NCBI GenBank assembly: GCA_948663505.1
Contig: CAPNAQ010000001.1
Span: 1 to 38,666 of the forward strand
Length of the DNA stretch: 38,666 nucleotides
Source of the DNA: an uncultured Clostridia bacterium
GTDB lineage: Bacteria; Bacillota; Clostridia; TANB77; CAG-508
Reading direction: 5' to 3'
The translations under genes and the position numbers were made by a program. A model generated the notes under the pieces. That model had not been told where the DNA came from. It made no database searches and was given only the letters and a program-made list of their open reading frames with translations. Shown one piece after another: positions 9,291 through 17,418 of this stretch (its first letter is position 1; each line of letters begins with the position of its first letter).

Positions 9291-9351
9291 CCCCTTTAAT
9301 ATGTTTTAGTAAAAGTCAATAGAGTTTTGACTTCAGAAAGGAATAATAAAA

Positions 9352-9660
9352 ATGCCCAAAGATAAGAAAATAAATATACGATTAACAGAGAAAGAAAAGA
9401 ATTTGATTGAATCAAAAGCTAAAAAATATAATATGACAATTACAAAATTTATTGTTAGTTCATGTTTAAAAGATAAAATTATTATTATCAATGGACTAGA
9501 CAAAATAGATACCGAACTTAGAAGAATTGGAAATAATATTAATCAATTAACAAAACTTGCAAATGAAAAAATAATTACAGTGGTTGACTTGAAAGAAGTG
9601 CGAATGGAAGTGAATAATATATGGCAATTATTGAAGCAATTAGTTCAAAAGCAAACCTAA
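9352..9660 (+). CDS. mobC: MobC-family relaxosome accessory protein
   Basis: 102-aa ORF. LRRIGNNINQLTKLAN is the conserved MobC block (GxNxNQxA...N). Its end overlaps the relaxase start. Confidence 0.8.
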   Translation: MPKDKKINIRLTEKEKNLIESKAKKYNMTITKFIVSSCLKDKIIIINGLDKIDTELRRIGNNINQLTKLANEKIITVVDLKEVRMEVNNIWQLLKQLVQKQT

Positions 9661-10856
9661 AAAAAATTATAAAATATGTTACACAAGACAAGAAAACAAA
9701 TATAAATCTAGTTACAGGAAAAGATTGCTTAGCTGAGAGTTGTTTAGAAGAAATGTTATATACAAAGAATTTATATCACAAAAATAGTGGCAGACAATAT
9801 ATACATATTATTCAATCATTTGCTCCAACAGATAATTTATCTGTAGAGCAAGTTCATAATACAGGAATTAAATTGGCAGAAAAGTTTAATGAATTTCAAG
9901 TATTAGTTGCAACACATATTGATAAAGAACATTTGCATAATCATCTAATTATAAATTCTGTATCATTTGAAAATGGATACAAAATTCAAATAAGTAAAAA
10001 AGATTTACAAGAGTTAAAAGATTATTCTGATAAGTTGTGTTTAGAAATTGGCGCTTCAGTTATTCCAAAAAAGGAAAAAACGCAATATATAAAAAGAAAC
10101 GAATACCGAGTAGCTGAGAAAGGTAAGAGTTGGAAATTCAAGTTAATAAATGCAATCGATTTATCATTATCAGAAAGTGTTTGTAAAGAAGATTTTATAA
10201 AAAGTATGAATAAATTAGGTTATCAAGTTAACTGGACAGACACAAGAAAATACATAACATATACAACACTTGAAGGCTATAAATGTAGAGACAGTAAATT
10301 ATATGATAAAAAATATTCAAAAGGAGAAATGGAAAATGAATTTAGAAGAATTAAAGAAGAACAATCAGATAGTAAAAGAAAGTCAAGTAGTTCCATCAAT
10401 AGTAAAGATGGATTATTATCTAGTAGATCCATTTGTGCTAAAGGATTTATACCAAAGGGAACAAGCAATAGTAGAAGATATAACAGGAATGAAAAAGAAA
10501 TGGCAAGATTTACAGGAAAGTTTATTAAAGGACAATATGAGAATGAACGAAGATATGAAGAAACTATTAGTACAAGGAATGGAAAATCAATTTTACAAAA
10601 TGAAACAAGAATTGAAGGAAACAGAAGAAGAACAGAAAGAGAAGATTTCAAAAATAAAATGGAAAACGGGATTAGTAACATTCTTGGTGGGATTGCTACT
10701 ATCAGCAATATGGTTTCTAACCCACAAATAAATACTAGACCTAAAAGAAAAATTAGAAGTTATAGAAATTTATCAAAAAGGGCTATGAGAGAATATGCAA
10801 TAAGGCAAGCTAATGCTAGCATTTTTAAGTGGGAAGAAGATGAAGAAGAAATATAA
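9621..10856 (+). CDS. MobA/VirD2-family relaxase (relaxase/mobilization nuclease domain)
   Basis: 411-aa ORF. HIIQSF and THIDKEHLHNHLIINSVS (HxDxxxxHxH HUH-type motif) lie in the N-terminal ~240 aa. The C-terminal ~170 aa is R/K/S/N-rich and low complexity. Confidence 0.85.
   Translation: MAIIEAISSKANLKKIIKYVTQDKKTNINLVTGKDCLAESCLEEMLYTKNLYHKNSGRQYIHIIQSFAPTDNLSVEQVHNTGIKLAEKFNEFQVLVATHIDKEHLHNHLIINSVSFENGYKIQISKKDLQELKDYSDKLCLEIGASVIPKKEKTQYIKRNEYRVAEKGKSWKFKLINAIDLSLSESVCKEDFIKSMNKLGYQVNWTDTRKYITYTTLEGYKCRDSKLYDKKYSKGEMENEFRRIKEEQSDSKRKSSSSINSKDGLLSSRSICAKGFIPKGTSNSRRYNRNEKEMARFTGKFIKGQYENERRYEETISTRNGKSILQNETRIEGNRRRTEREDFKNKMENGISNILGGIATISNMVSNPQINTRPKRKIRSYRNLSKRAMREYAIRQANASIFKWEEDEEEI
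10336..10731 (+). CDS. possible nested +1-frame ORF inside the relaxase 3' region (coiled coil + C-terminal TM)
   Basis: ATG 10336 is preceded by AAGGAG (10321-10326). The 131 aa run MNLEELKK...KWKTGLVTFLVGLLLSAIWFLTHK, with heptad-like K/E/L content and one terminal TM helix. Caveat: the region is purine-rich, so all frames are open. Confidence 0.3.
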   Translation: MNLEELKKNNQIVKESQVVPSIVKMDYYLVDPFVLKDLYQREQAIVEDITGMKKKWQDLQESLLKDNMRMNEDMKKLLVQGMENQFYKMKQELKETEEEQKEKISKIKWKTGLVTFLVGLLLSAIWFLTHK

Positions 10857-10903
10857 TAAATAGTGTTTACTTTTTTACCTTATTATTATAAAATTAAGGA
10901 AAA

Positions 10904-11671
10904 ATGGGGGATAAAAGTATGAAGAAAGATTTTATACATTTTTTTGGAACAACAGGAAATAAAGATATATTTTTTAAGAAAATTAGGCAAGCAGGTGGAT
11001 TATATTTTAATGTTGATGATACTAAAATAATAATAGATCCAGGACCAAGTACATTTTATAAATATATAAATACATATGAAGATAAAATTGATGGAATAAT
11101 TTTATCACACATACATATAGACCATTCTAATGACTTAAATATATTTGTAGAATTAATGACAGATGGAGGAGAAACAAAACAAGGTACTTTATTATTACCA
11201 GAGCAGGCAATAGAAGAAAAAGTGCTATTTCCATATTTAATGGATTTTCCATATAAATTAGAAACTATAAAACCAAATACAAAATATAAAGTTAAGAATA
11301 TAGAAATCACTTCATCAGTAGAACACAAACATGGTATTGAGAACTATGGATTCAAAATAAAAACAAAAAATCATACAATAGGTTTAGTTACTGATACAGC
11401 ATATTTTCAAGAATTATTAAATTCATACAAAGATAGTGATATATTAATAATGAATGTACCATATTATATACAGGATAAGCCAAAACCAAAACATCTTGAT
11501 ATACTAAATGCAGAAGAATTTATAAAAGAAATAAAGCCTAAAAAGGTTGTACTAACTCATTTTAATTGCAATATATTAGATAGTAACCCAACGTTACTTG
11601 CTGAAAATTTAAGTAAAAAGTATGATATAGATGTGATATCTGCAGAAGATAATATGATTTTAGAAATATAA
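10904..11671 (+). CDS. MBL-fold metallo-hydrolase
   Basis: 255-aa ORF. HIHIDHSND is the HxHxDH zinc motif of the metallo-beta-lactamase fold. Downstream His/Asp residues (VEHKHG, VTDTAY, LTHF) are present. Confidence 0.8.
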   Translation: MGDKSMKKDFIHFFGTTGNKDIFFKKIRQAGGLYFNVDDTKIIIDPGPSTFYKYINTYEDKIDGIILSHIHIDHSNDLNIFVELMTDGGETKQGTLLLPEQAIEEKVLFPYLMDFPYKLETIKPNTKYKVKNIEITSSVEHKHGIENYGFKIKTKNHTIGLVTDTAYFQELLNSYKDSDILIMNVPYYIQDKPKPKHLDILNAEEFIKEIKPKKVVLTHFNCNILDSNPTLLAENLSKKYDIDVISAEDNMILEI

Positions 11672-11688
11672 TAGGAGGATTAGCAATT

Positions 11689-12372
11689 ATGGAAAATATA
11701 AGAATATTATGGAGTGGAATAACAGGCAAGACTGCAAACGAAGTATTAAAAGTTGCTCAAAATAATAAGTATATTCAAATAGTTGCAGGTATATGTAGAA
11801 ATAATGGTAATTATTATAATTATAATGAATTAGATAATATCAAAGAAGAATTTGATGTTATTATTGACTTTTCACATAAAGATAGCTTTGATAAAGTATT
11901 AGATTATGCCTTAGAAGTTAAGAAACCAATAATTATTGGAACTGCTGGATTATCTGATGAACAAATGAAGAAAATGCAAGATGCAGCCAAAATTATACCA
12001 ATATTTAGAGGTGGAAATTTTAGATTTGAAGTAAAAGAATTTATAGATAAAATTGTAGAATATGCAAAAACAAGTGATGATGAAATAACATTAGTTGAAA
12101 GGCATTATATAACAGTACCTATTCCAAGCCAAACTGCTAAAGTTATAGCCAATAGGGTTTTAAAAGAAACAGGTAAAAAGGTAAAGATTCAATCGTCACA
12201 ACAAAGTAAAGAAAACACAAATGAATGGTGTGTTAACAATATACAATATAAATGCACTGCATATGATGAAAAACTAGCAAAAGATATTGTAAACATTGCT
12301 ATTATTATGAAAAACAAAAAAGCTGATGGCATTTATGATTTAGATAGGTTATTTAAAGAGAAAATAGATTAA
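11689..12372 (+). CDS. DapB-like (dihydrodipicolinate reductase fold) protein, atypical
   Basis: 227-aa ORF. DVIIDFSHKDS...KKPIIIGTAGL...FRGGNF follows the DapB layout. The catalytic block reads ERHYITVPIPSQTA instead of the ExHHxxKxDAPSGTA I recall for DapB. Confidence 0.6.
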   Translation: MENIRILWSGITGKTANEVLKVAQNNKYIQIVAGICRNNGNYYNYNELDNIKEEFDVIIDFSHKDSFDKVLDYALEVKKPIIIGTAGLSDEQMKKMQDAAKIIPIFRGGNFRFEVKEFIDKIVEYAKTSDDEITLVERHYITVPIPSQTAKVIANRVLKETGKKVKIQSSQQSKENTNEWCVNNIQYKCTAYDEKLAKDIVNIAIIMKNKKADGIYDLDRLFKEKID

Positions 12373-12386
12373 TAGGAGGAATTAAG

Positions 12387-12779
12387 ATGTTTAATTTTAA
12401 TCATGTTACAATTAGTGTAGATAATCTAGAAAACACAATAAAATTTTACAAAAATTTTGGATTTCAAATGCATAAAGAATATCACGATGAAAATGTTGAT
12501 ATTGTTATGTTAAAATTAGAAAATATGATACTAGAAATGTTTCATTATCAAGAGAGAGAAGAATTACCAGAACATTCAAAAGAATTAGGTATTGATTTAA
12601 AAACTGTTGGAAATAAACATTTTGGATTAGGTGTAAAAGATATAATGGAAGCCAAAAAATTTATTGAGGATAACAACTTATGTAATCAACAAATAACTAT
12701 AACAAAAGGCAGACTTGGAAAACCATATTTTTTTATAAAAGATCCAAATGGAATATTGATGGAAATAATTGAGGAATAA
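12387..12779 (+). CDS. VOC family (glyoxalase/bleomycin-resistance/dioxygenase fold) protein
   Basis: 130-aa ORF. FNHVTISVDNLENTIKFY...LEMFHY...HFGLGV...FIKDPNGILMEIIE is the paired beta-alpha-beta-beta-beta pattern of glyoxalase I-like proteins. Confidence 0.8.
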   Translation: MFNFNHVTISVDNLENTIKFYKNFGFQMHKEYHDENVDIVMLKLENMILEMFHYQEREELPEHSKELGIDLKTVGNKHFGLGVKDIMEAKKFIEDNNLCNQQITITKGRLGKPYFFIKDPNGILMEIIEE

Positions 12780-12849
12780 AGTGATATTTAATAAATGATA
12801 AATGTTATAATAATTTAATATATGGAGCTACTTTTAGTAGTTCTCTTTT

Positions 12850-12903
12850 TGAATGCAATTATTACATTCAATTAATTGTAGCTGAATGTAATTTTGAATG
12901 CAG
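12850..12903. repeat. candidate arm-type recombinase binding sites (right arm)
   Basis: TGAATGCA (12850-12857), inverted TACATTCA (12863-12870), TGAATGTA (12883-12890) and TGAATGCA (12896-12903). The pair TGAATGTA..TTTGAATGCAGT is shared with 3700-3720. Confidence 0.45.
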
Positions 12904-12976
12904 TAACACAAATGTAGAGACATTTTGAAAAAGCTAGAGAAAAGAAGAAGGGCTTAAAATAGCCTAAAAACAAATT

Positions 12977-13002
12977 AAGAGACTTGGAAAAAGTCTCTTT
13001 TT
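12977..13002. terminator. hairpin terminator between the cargo operon and the tRNA 3' end
   Basis: 9-bp stem AAGAGACTT / AAGTCTCTT with loop GGAAA, followed by TTT on the + strand. Confidence 0.5.
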
Positions 13003-13003
13003 C

Positions 13004-13016
13004 TGGTCGAGGTGAC
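13004..13016. repeat. tRNA-proximal att core (3' 13 nt of tRNA-Pro)
   Basis: TGGTCGAGGTGAC is identical to 3638-3650. Confidence 0.75.
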
Positions 13017-13079
13017 AGGGATCGAACCTGCGACCTCATGGTCCCAAACCACGCGCGCTACCAACTGCGCTACACCTCG
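13004..13079 (-). tRNA. tRNA-Pro (anticodon UGG)
   Basis: 76-nt cloverleaf folded by hand. Acceptor stem CGAGGTG/CACCTCG. D arm GCGC-AGTTGGTA-GCGC. Anticodon arm CGTGG-TTTGGGA-CCATG. Variable loop AGGTC. T arm GCAGG-TTCGATC-CCTGT. Discriminator A and an encoded CCA. C1:G72 plus A73 fit bacterial tRNA-Pro. Confidence 0.9.
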
Positions 13080-13105
13080 ATAAAAAACAAATTAAATACT
13101 TATAT

Positions 13106-13134
13106 ATAATATCACAATATAAAAAGAAATTCAA
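13106..13134 (-). promoter_or_regulatory. candidate sigma-A promoter of tRNA-Pro
   Basis: On the minus strand: TTGAAT (13134-13129), 17 nt, TATTAT (13111-13106). It lies about 26 nt upstream of the tRNA 5' end. Confidence 0.35.
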
Positions 13135-13252
13135 GCATTTTAGAAAAATTTATAATTAAATTTTTAAAAGTTCATTTTAAAAAAGTATGTTATAATAAAA
13201 TTAATATAAAAATCATAAAACAACAATACAAACAAAAATTTGCAAAATAGTA

Positions 13253-13281
13253 TTGACATTTTAGATTTATCAATATATAAT
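13253..13281 (+). promoter_or_regulatory. consensus sigma-A promoter for the HD-domain gene
   Basis: TTGACA (13253-13258), exactly 17 nt, TATAAT (13276-13281). Confidence 0.6.
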
Positions 13282-13365
13282 ATGCAAAGAAATAAGAAAA
13301 AGTGGTTTTTATTTCTAAAAAATATAGAAATTATAAAAACAGAAAATCAAGTAAGGATGGAAAAA

Positions 13366-13920
13366 ATGAAAGAACAATTTTTAGAGTTATTAAAACAAAT
13401 CAAAAGAGAAGGAATAGAAGAATTAATAGACTTTATAGAAAAAACAGACTTTTTCAAAGCACCAGCAAGCACAAGATTTCATGGAGACCATGAGGGTGGG
13501 CTAGTAGAACATAGTTTAAAAGTATATGAAATATTGAAACACAAAGTAGAAACAAACGTAGAACCAATAGAAGTTAATGCTGAAACATTAATATTAGTGC
13601 CATTATTACACGATTTATGTAAAGCAAACTTTTATAAAATAGATTATAGAAATGCAAAAAACGCATTAGGAGTATGGGAAAAAGTACCTTATTATACAGT
13701 AGATGACACAATACCATATGGGCATGGTGAAAAATCAGTAATGATGATAACAGAATATATCAAATTAACACCAGAAGAAAAATATGCAATACGTTGGCAT
13801 ATGGGATATACAGAACCAAAAGAATTATATAACACAATAGGAGCAGCATATAAAAAATATCCACTTGCACTATTAATGCATGAGGCAGATTTAGAAGCAA
13901 CATATTTTTATGATATATAA
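13366..13920 (+). CDS. HD-domain phosphohydrolase
   Basis: RFHGDHEGGLVEHSL and LLHDLCK form the H...HD metal motif. The start is moved from 13240 to ATG 13366 (MKEQF), which has an AAGGA RBS. The track start lies upstream of the consensus promoter, which falls inside the proposed 5' extension. ATG 13357 is an alternative. Confidence 0.8.
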   Translation: MKEQFLELLKQIKREGIEELIDFIEKTDFFKAPASTRFHGDHEGGLVEHSLKVYEILKHKVETNVEPIEVNAETLILVPLLHDLCKANFYKIDYRNAKNALGVWEKVPYYTVDDTIPYGHGEKSVMMITEYIKLTPEEKYAIRWHMGYTEPKELYNTIGAAYKKYPLALLMHEADLEATYFYDI

Positions 13921-13974
13921 ATATGTTTTTTAATAAGATATTTAGTTAAAATAAAATGAAGGGAAGAAATATCT

Positions 13975-14601
13975 ATGTTAGCATATATCAAAGGAAAATT
14001 AGAAATGAAAATGACTGGATATGTAATAATTGATGTAGGAGGACTAGGATATAAAATATATATGTCAGATACTGGAATAGACAAATTAGGAGATATTGGA
14101 GAAAATGTTAAAGTACATACATATTATAAAGTTAGAGAAGATGATATTAGTATATTTGGATTTAATACACTAGAAGAATTAAGAATGTTTGAATTATTAA
14201 TATCAGTAAGTGGAATTGGTGCAAAAACAGCTATTTCAATGCTTGCTGTATGTGAGCCAACAGATTTTGCGTTAGCAGTAATTTCAGATGATATAAATAC
14301 ATTAACGCAAATACCTGGAGTAGGAGCAAAATCTGCACAAAGAATAATATTAGAATTAAAAGATAAAATAAAGAAAGAACAACAAATACAAGAATTAACA
14401 AAAGTCACAAAAGGAAAAAATACAAAAGTAGAAGTTGCAATAGAAAATAATAAGAAAATTGATGAAGCAATAGCAGCACTTCAAGTTTTAGGATATAATA
14501 AAAAAGAAATTGAAAAAGCATTCGATAAATTAGATAAAAAAGAATTATCAACAGAAGACTTAATAAGAAAAGGATTGACAATTTTAGGAAAAGGCGTTTG
14601 A
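13975..14601 (+). CDS. ruvA: Holliday junction branch migration complex subunit RuvA
   Basis: 208-aa ORF. N-terminal OB domain MLAYIKGKL...GGLGYKIYMS. Two HhH motifs (VSGIGAKTA and IPGVGAKSAQRI). The C-terminal domain III ends LGYNKKEIEKA. Confidence 0.92.
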   Translation: MLAYIKGKLEMKMTGYVIIDVGGLGYKIYMSDTGIDKLGDIGENVKVHTYYKVREDDISIFGFNTLEELRMFELLISVSGIGAKTAISMLAVCEPTDFALAVISDDINTLTQIPGVGAKSAQRIILELKDKIKKEQQIQELTKVTKGKNTKVEVAIENNKKIDEAIAALQVLGYNKKEIEKAFDKLDKKELSTEDLIRKGLTILGKGV

Positions 14602-14641
14602 TAAATGTTTTAGATAATTTATAAAAAAGAGGTATAGCATA

Positions 14642-15883
14642 ATGAATAATAATGAACCATTAGCATATAGAATGAGACCAAGAACACTAGATGAATATAT
14701 AGGACAAGAACATGTCTTAGGACAAGATAAGATATTGTATAGAACTATAAAAGCTGATAGATTATCTAGTATAATTTTATTTGGACCACCTGGATGTGGA
14801 AAAACATCACTTGCAAAAGTAATAAGTGAAACAACAAAATATAAATTTTATAAAATAAATGCAGTAACATCAGGTGTTGCAGATATAAAAAAGGTAATAG
14901 AAGAAACAAGAAACTTTATGATAAATCCAATGGGAAAAAGCATTTTATTTATTGATGAAATCCATAGATTTAATAAATTACAACAAGATGCATTACTTCC
15001 ATATGTAGAGAATGGATTAATAATTTTAATAGGAGCCACAACTGAAAATCCATATTTTGAAGTAAATAAAGCTTTAATTTCGAGATCAATGGTAATAAAA
15101 TTAGAACCATTAACAGATGAAAATATATATCAAGTATTACAAAATGCGATAGAAAGAAAAGATGGATTAGGAGAATATAATATAAAGGTACAAGATGAAA
15201 CATTAAAAAAACTTGCTACAATATCAAATGGTGATGTAAGAACTGCATTAAATGGATTGGAAATTGCAGTACTTACAACAAATATGGAAAGTGATGGATA
15301 TATACATATAACTGATGAAGTTATTAAAAATTGTATACAAACGAGAAAAGCAGTATTTGATAAGAATGGAGATAGTCACTATGATAATATAAGTGCTTTT
15401 ATAAAATCTATGAGAGGATCCGATGCTGATGCTACATTGTTTTATTTAGCTAGAGCTTTAAATGGTGGAGAAGATCCAATGTTTTTAGCAAGAAGAATAG
15501 TAATATGCGCTTCAGAAGATGTTGGAATGGCGAATCCAAATGCATTAGTTGTAGCCAATTCTGCAATGCAGGCTGTCCATATGGTAGGAATGCCAGAGGC
15601 AAGAATAATATTAGCAGAAGCATCAGTGTATATTGCCACATCAAAAAAATCTAATGCTACATATTTAGGTATAGATAAAGCACTTGAAGATGTATCAAGT
15701 AAAGAAACAGGAACAATACCAATGCATATAAGGAATGCACCAGTTGAAGATATGAAAAAATTAGGATATAGTGAGGGATATCTGTATCCGCATGATTTTA
15801 ATGGTCATTGGGTTGAACAACAATATTTACCAGATATAATGATTGGAACAAAATATTATATAAAAGATGAAAATATAGAATAA
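14642..15883 (+). CDS. rarA: replication-associated recombination protein A (RarA/MgsA AAA+ ATPase)
   Basis: 413-aa [22 protein letters not shown], Walker [10 protein letters not shown] and Walker [12 protein letters not shown] are present. The MgsA_C block reads [40 protein letters not shown]. Confidence 0.9.
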   Translation: MNNNEPLAYRMRPRTLDEYIGQEHVLGQDKILYRTIKADRLSSIILFGPPGCGKTSLAKVISETTKYKFYKINAVTSGVADIKKVIEETRNFMINPMGKSILFIDEIHRFNKLQQDALLPYVENGLIILIGATTENPYFEVNKALISRSMVIKLEPLTDENIYQVLQNAIERKDGLGEYNIKVQDETLKKLATISNGDVRTALNGLEIAVLTTNMESDGYIHITDEVIKNCIQTRKAVFDKNGDSHYDNISAFIKSMRGSDADATLFYLARALNGGEDPMFLARRIVICASEDVGMANPNALVVANSAMQAVHMVGMPEARIILAEASVYIATSKKSNATYLGIDKALEDVSSKETGTIPMHIRNAPVEDMKKLGYSEGYLYPHDFNGHWVEQQYLPDIMIGTKYYIKDENIE

Positions 15884-15898
15884 AATACAAAAATATGG

Positions 15899-15927
15899 AA
15901 AACCTACTTTTAGAGAGTAGGTTTTTT
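15899..15927 (+). terminator. rho-independent terminator after rarA
   Basis: 10-bp stem AAAACCTACT / AGTAGGTTTT, loop TTTAGAG, then a T-run. Confidence 0.7.
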
Positions 15928-15930
15928 ATT

Positions 15931-16287
15931 ATGTCAGTAAATATTATTAAACAAATAATAATAGGATTTTTGGCAGGACTTATAAGTGGATTCTTTTCAA
16001 CAGGTGGAGGTCTAATATTAGTACCAGCCTTTATATATTTGCTAAATATAGAACCACAAAAAGCAAGAGGAACATCAGTATTTTGTATTTTACCAATGGT
16101 AATCACTAGTAGTTTTTTTTATTATAAAGAGAATTATATTAATTGGAATGTTGCAATTTTATGTGCAATTGGTGGTGCAATTGGAGGATACTTTGGAGCA
16201 AAATTATTAAAAAAGCTACCAGATAAATATTTGAAAATAGCTTTTACTATTTTCTTGATATATGTCTCACTTAAAATGATACTTTGA
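15931..16287 (+). CDS. half-size TSUP (TauE/SafE) family membrane transporter subunit
   Basis: About 118 aa with 4 predicted TM helices. GFLAGLISGFFSTGGGLILVP is the TSUP glycine-rich signature. The start is moved to ATG 15931 because the track start lies inside the rarA terminator. The RBS is weak. Confidence 0.65.
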   Translation: MSVNIIKQIIIGFLAGLISGFFSTGGGLILVPAFIYLLNIEPQKARGTSVFCILPMVITSSFFYYKENYINWNVAILCAIGGAIGGYFGAKLLKKLPDKYLKIAFTIFLIYVSLKMIL

Positions 16288-16470
16288 TAAAGAAATTTTG
16301 TTATGTCATAAAACAAAAGAGACGTTTCATGAAAAAAAAGAAAAAAGTCAAAAAATGTAAGTTAATATATATCTAGATATTATAAATTAGGAACTAATAC
16401 AAAAAGAAAATTAATATTATTTGACTTTAAATAGTTTTATTTTCAAAATTATGGAGGTAATAGTATAATA

Positions 16471-16689
16471 ATGGAAAATACAGATAATAGCAATAATAAT
16501 AGTATATGGAAAAATAAGAATCAGCAGTATATATTTGAATTACAAAAGTTCATGGATCTAGCAGATAATATACAAGATGAAGAATTAAGAAAACTAATTA
16601 TATATCAAATGTTAAGATGTGATAATTGTGTAACTAAAATAGCAGAAGATATATTTAAAAACATTTTAAATGATAAAAAACATAATTAG
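16471..16689 (+). CDS. hypothetical small soluble protein
   Basis: 72-aa ORF with a GGAGG RBS. It lies between the two TSUP half genes. I recognise no family. Confidence 0.5.
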   Translation: MENTDNSNNNSIWKNKNQQYIFELQKFMDLADNIQDEELRKLIIYQMLRCDNCVTKIAEDIFKNILNDKKHN

Positions 16690-16695
16690 GAAGGA

Positions 16696-17091
16696 ATGAT
16701 TTTATTCTTGAAGGAAATAATAATAGGTGCCATTTCTGGAATTGTAAGTGGAACTGGAATGGGTGGAGGAACTATTCTTATTTTTTTACTTACATTTATG
16801 TGTGGACTAGATCAACATATAGCACAAGCAACCAATTTAATCTTTTTTATACCAACATCTATTGTAGCAATTATAGTAAATTTAAAAAATAAATATATAG
16901 ATTTAAAATTAGCAATACTAATTTCAATTTTTGGTATTTTAGGAGCAATTATAGGAGCGAATTTATCATTCCAAACAGATGTAAAAACTTTAAGAAGACT
17001 TTTTGGCATATTTTTGGCAATTATTGCTATTCATGAAATATATACCATAATAAAAGAGAATAAAAAAGTAAAATTGAGTAAAAATAAATAA
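16696..17091 (+). CDS. half-size TSUP (TauE/SafE) family membrane transporter subunit
   Basis: 131 aa with 4 TM helices. GAISGIVSGTGMGGGTILIFLL is the TSUP signature. The exact start is uncertain because the RBS is very close to the ATG. Confidence 0.65.
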   Translation: MILFLKEIIIGAISGIVSGTGMGGGTILIFLLTFMCGLDQHIAQATNLIFFIPTSIVAIIVNLKNKYIDLKLAILISIFGILGAIIGANLSFQTDVKTLRRLFGIFLAIIAIHEIYTIIKENKKVKLSKNK

Positions 17092-17164
17092 CAAAAGGAT
17101 TATTAAAAAGATAGAGCTTTTTAAGAATTTTGATGTATATAAATAAGTTGAAAGGGTGATTATA

Positions 17165-17305
17165 ATGAAATTTACAAAAGGTTTATTAGTTGGAGGACTT
17201 ATTACAACAGGCATACTTTTAATGTATAATGATAATAATGTTATGAGTAAAAATAAAATGATTAAAAAGGGTAAACAATTTGCAAAAAAAATGGGAGTTT
17301 TATAA
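17165..17305 (+). CDS. small membrane protein (46 aa), not in the ORF track
   Basis: ATG 17165 is preceded by GAAAGGGTGA. MKFTKGLLVGGLITTGILLMYNDNNVMSKNKMIKKGKQFAKKMGVL has one TM helix and a basic tail. A strong hairpin follows. Confidence 0.45.
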   Translation: MKFTKGLLVGGLITTGILLMYNDNNVMSKNKMIKKGKQFAKKMGVL

Positions 17306-17313
17306 ACTTATAT

Positions 17314-17342
17314 TATAGGGAAGTTCTTTGAACTTCCCTATA
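17314..17342 (+). terminator. hairpin terminator
   Basis: Perfect 13-bp stem TATAGGGAAGTTC / GAACTTCCCTATA with a 3-nt loop. Confidence 0.6.
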
Positions 17343-17351
17343 ATACAAGAT

Positions 17352-17385
17352 GTTCGCCAAATTTGCTTAAGCAAATTTGGCGAAC
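17352..17385 (-). terminator. perfect 34-bp palindrome downstream of the Cys-rich protein gene
   Basis: GTTCGCCAAATTTGCTT|AAGCAAATTTGGCGAAC lies 34 nt after the stop at 17419. The core AAATTTG-N6-CAAATTT recurs at 27362-27381. Confidence 0.5.
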
Positions 17386-17418
17386 AAACAAATAACTATT
17401 TTTTAATAGTATCTTTTA

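Larger units (their letters stand above)
3638..13016. mobile_element. integrative mobilizable element (IME) inserted in the 3' end of tRNA-Pro
   Basis: Bounded by the exact 13-bp direct repeat TGGTCGAGGTGAC (3638-3650 and 13004-13016), which is the last 13 nt of the tRNA. The interior encodes a tyrosine integrase, an Xis-like HTH protein, an XRE repressor, a replisome organizer, MobC and a relaxase. TGAATGYA repeats sit in both arms. Confidence 0.7.

Noticed and set aside
10277-10708. 143-aa antisense ORF inside the relaxase gene
   Set aside because: The + strand is purine-rich here, which removes stop codons from all frames. The product is L/S/F-rich and low in complexity.
13240-13365. 5' extension of the HD-domain ORF, and the alternative-frame 63-aa ORF at 13302-13493
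   Set aside because: The extension begins upstream of, and spans, a consensus TTGACA-17-TATAAT promoter. The alternative-frame ORF is K/R-rich and low in complexity.
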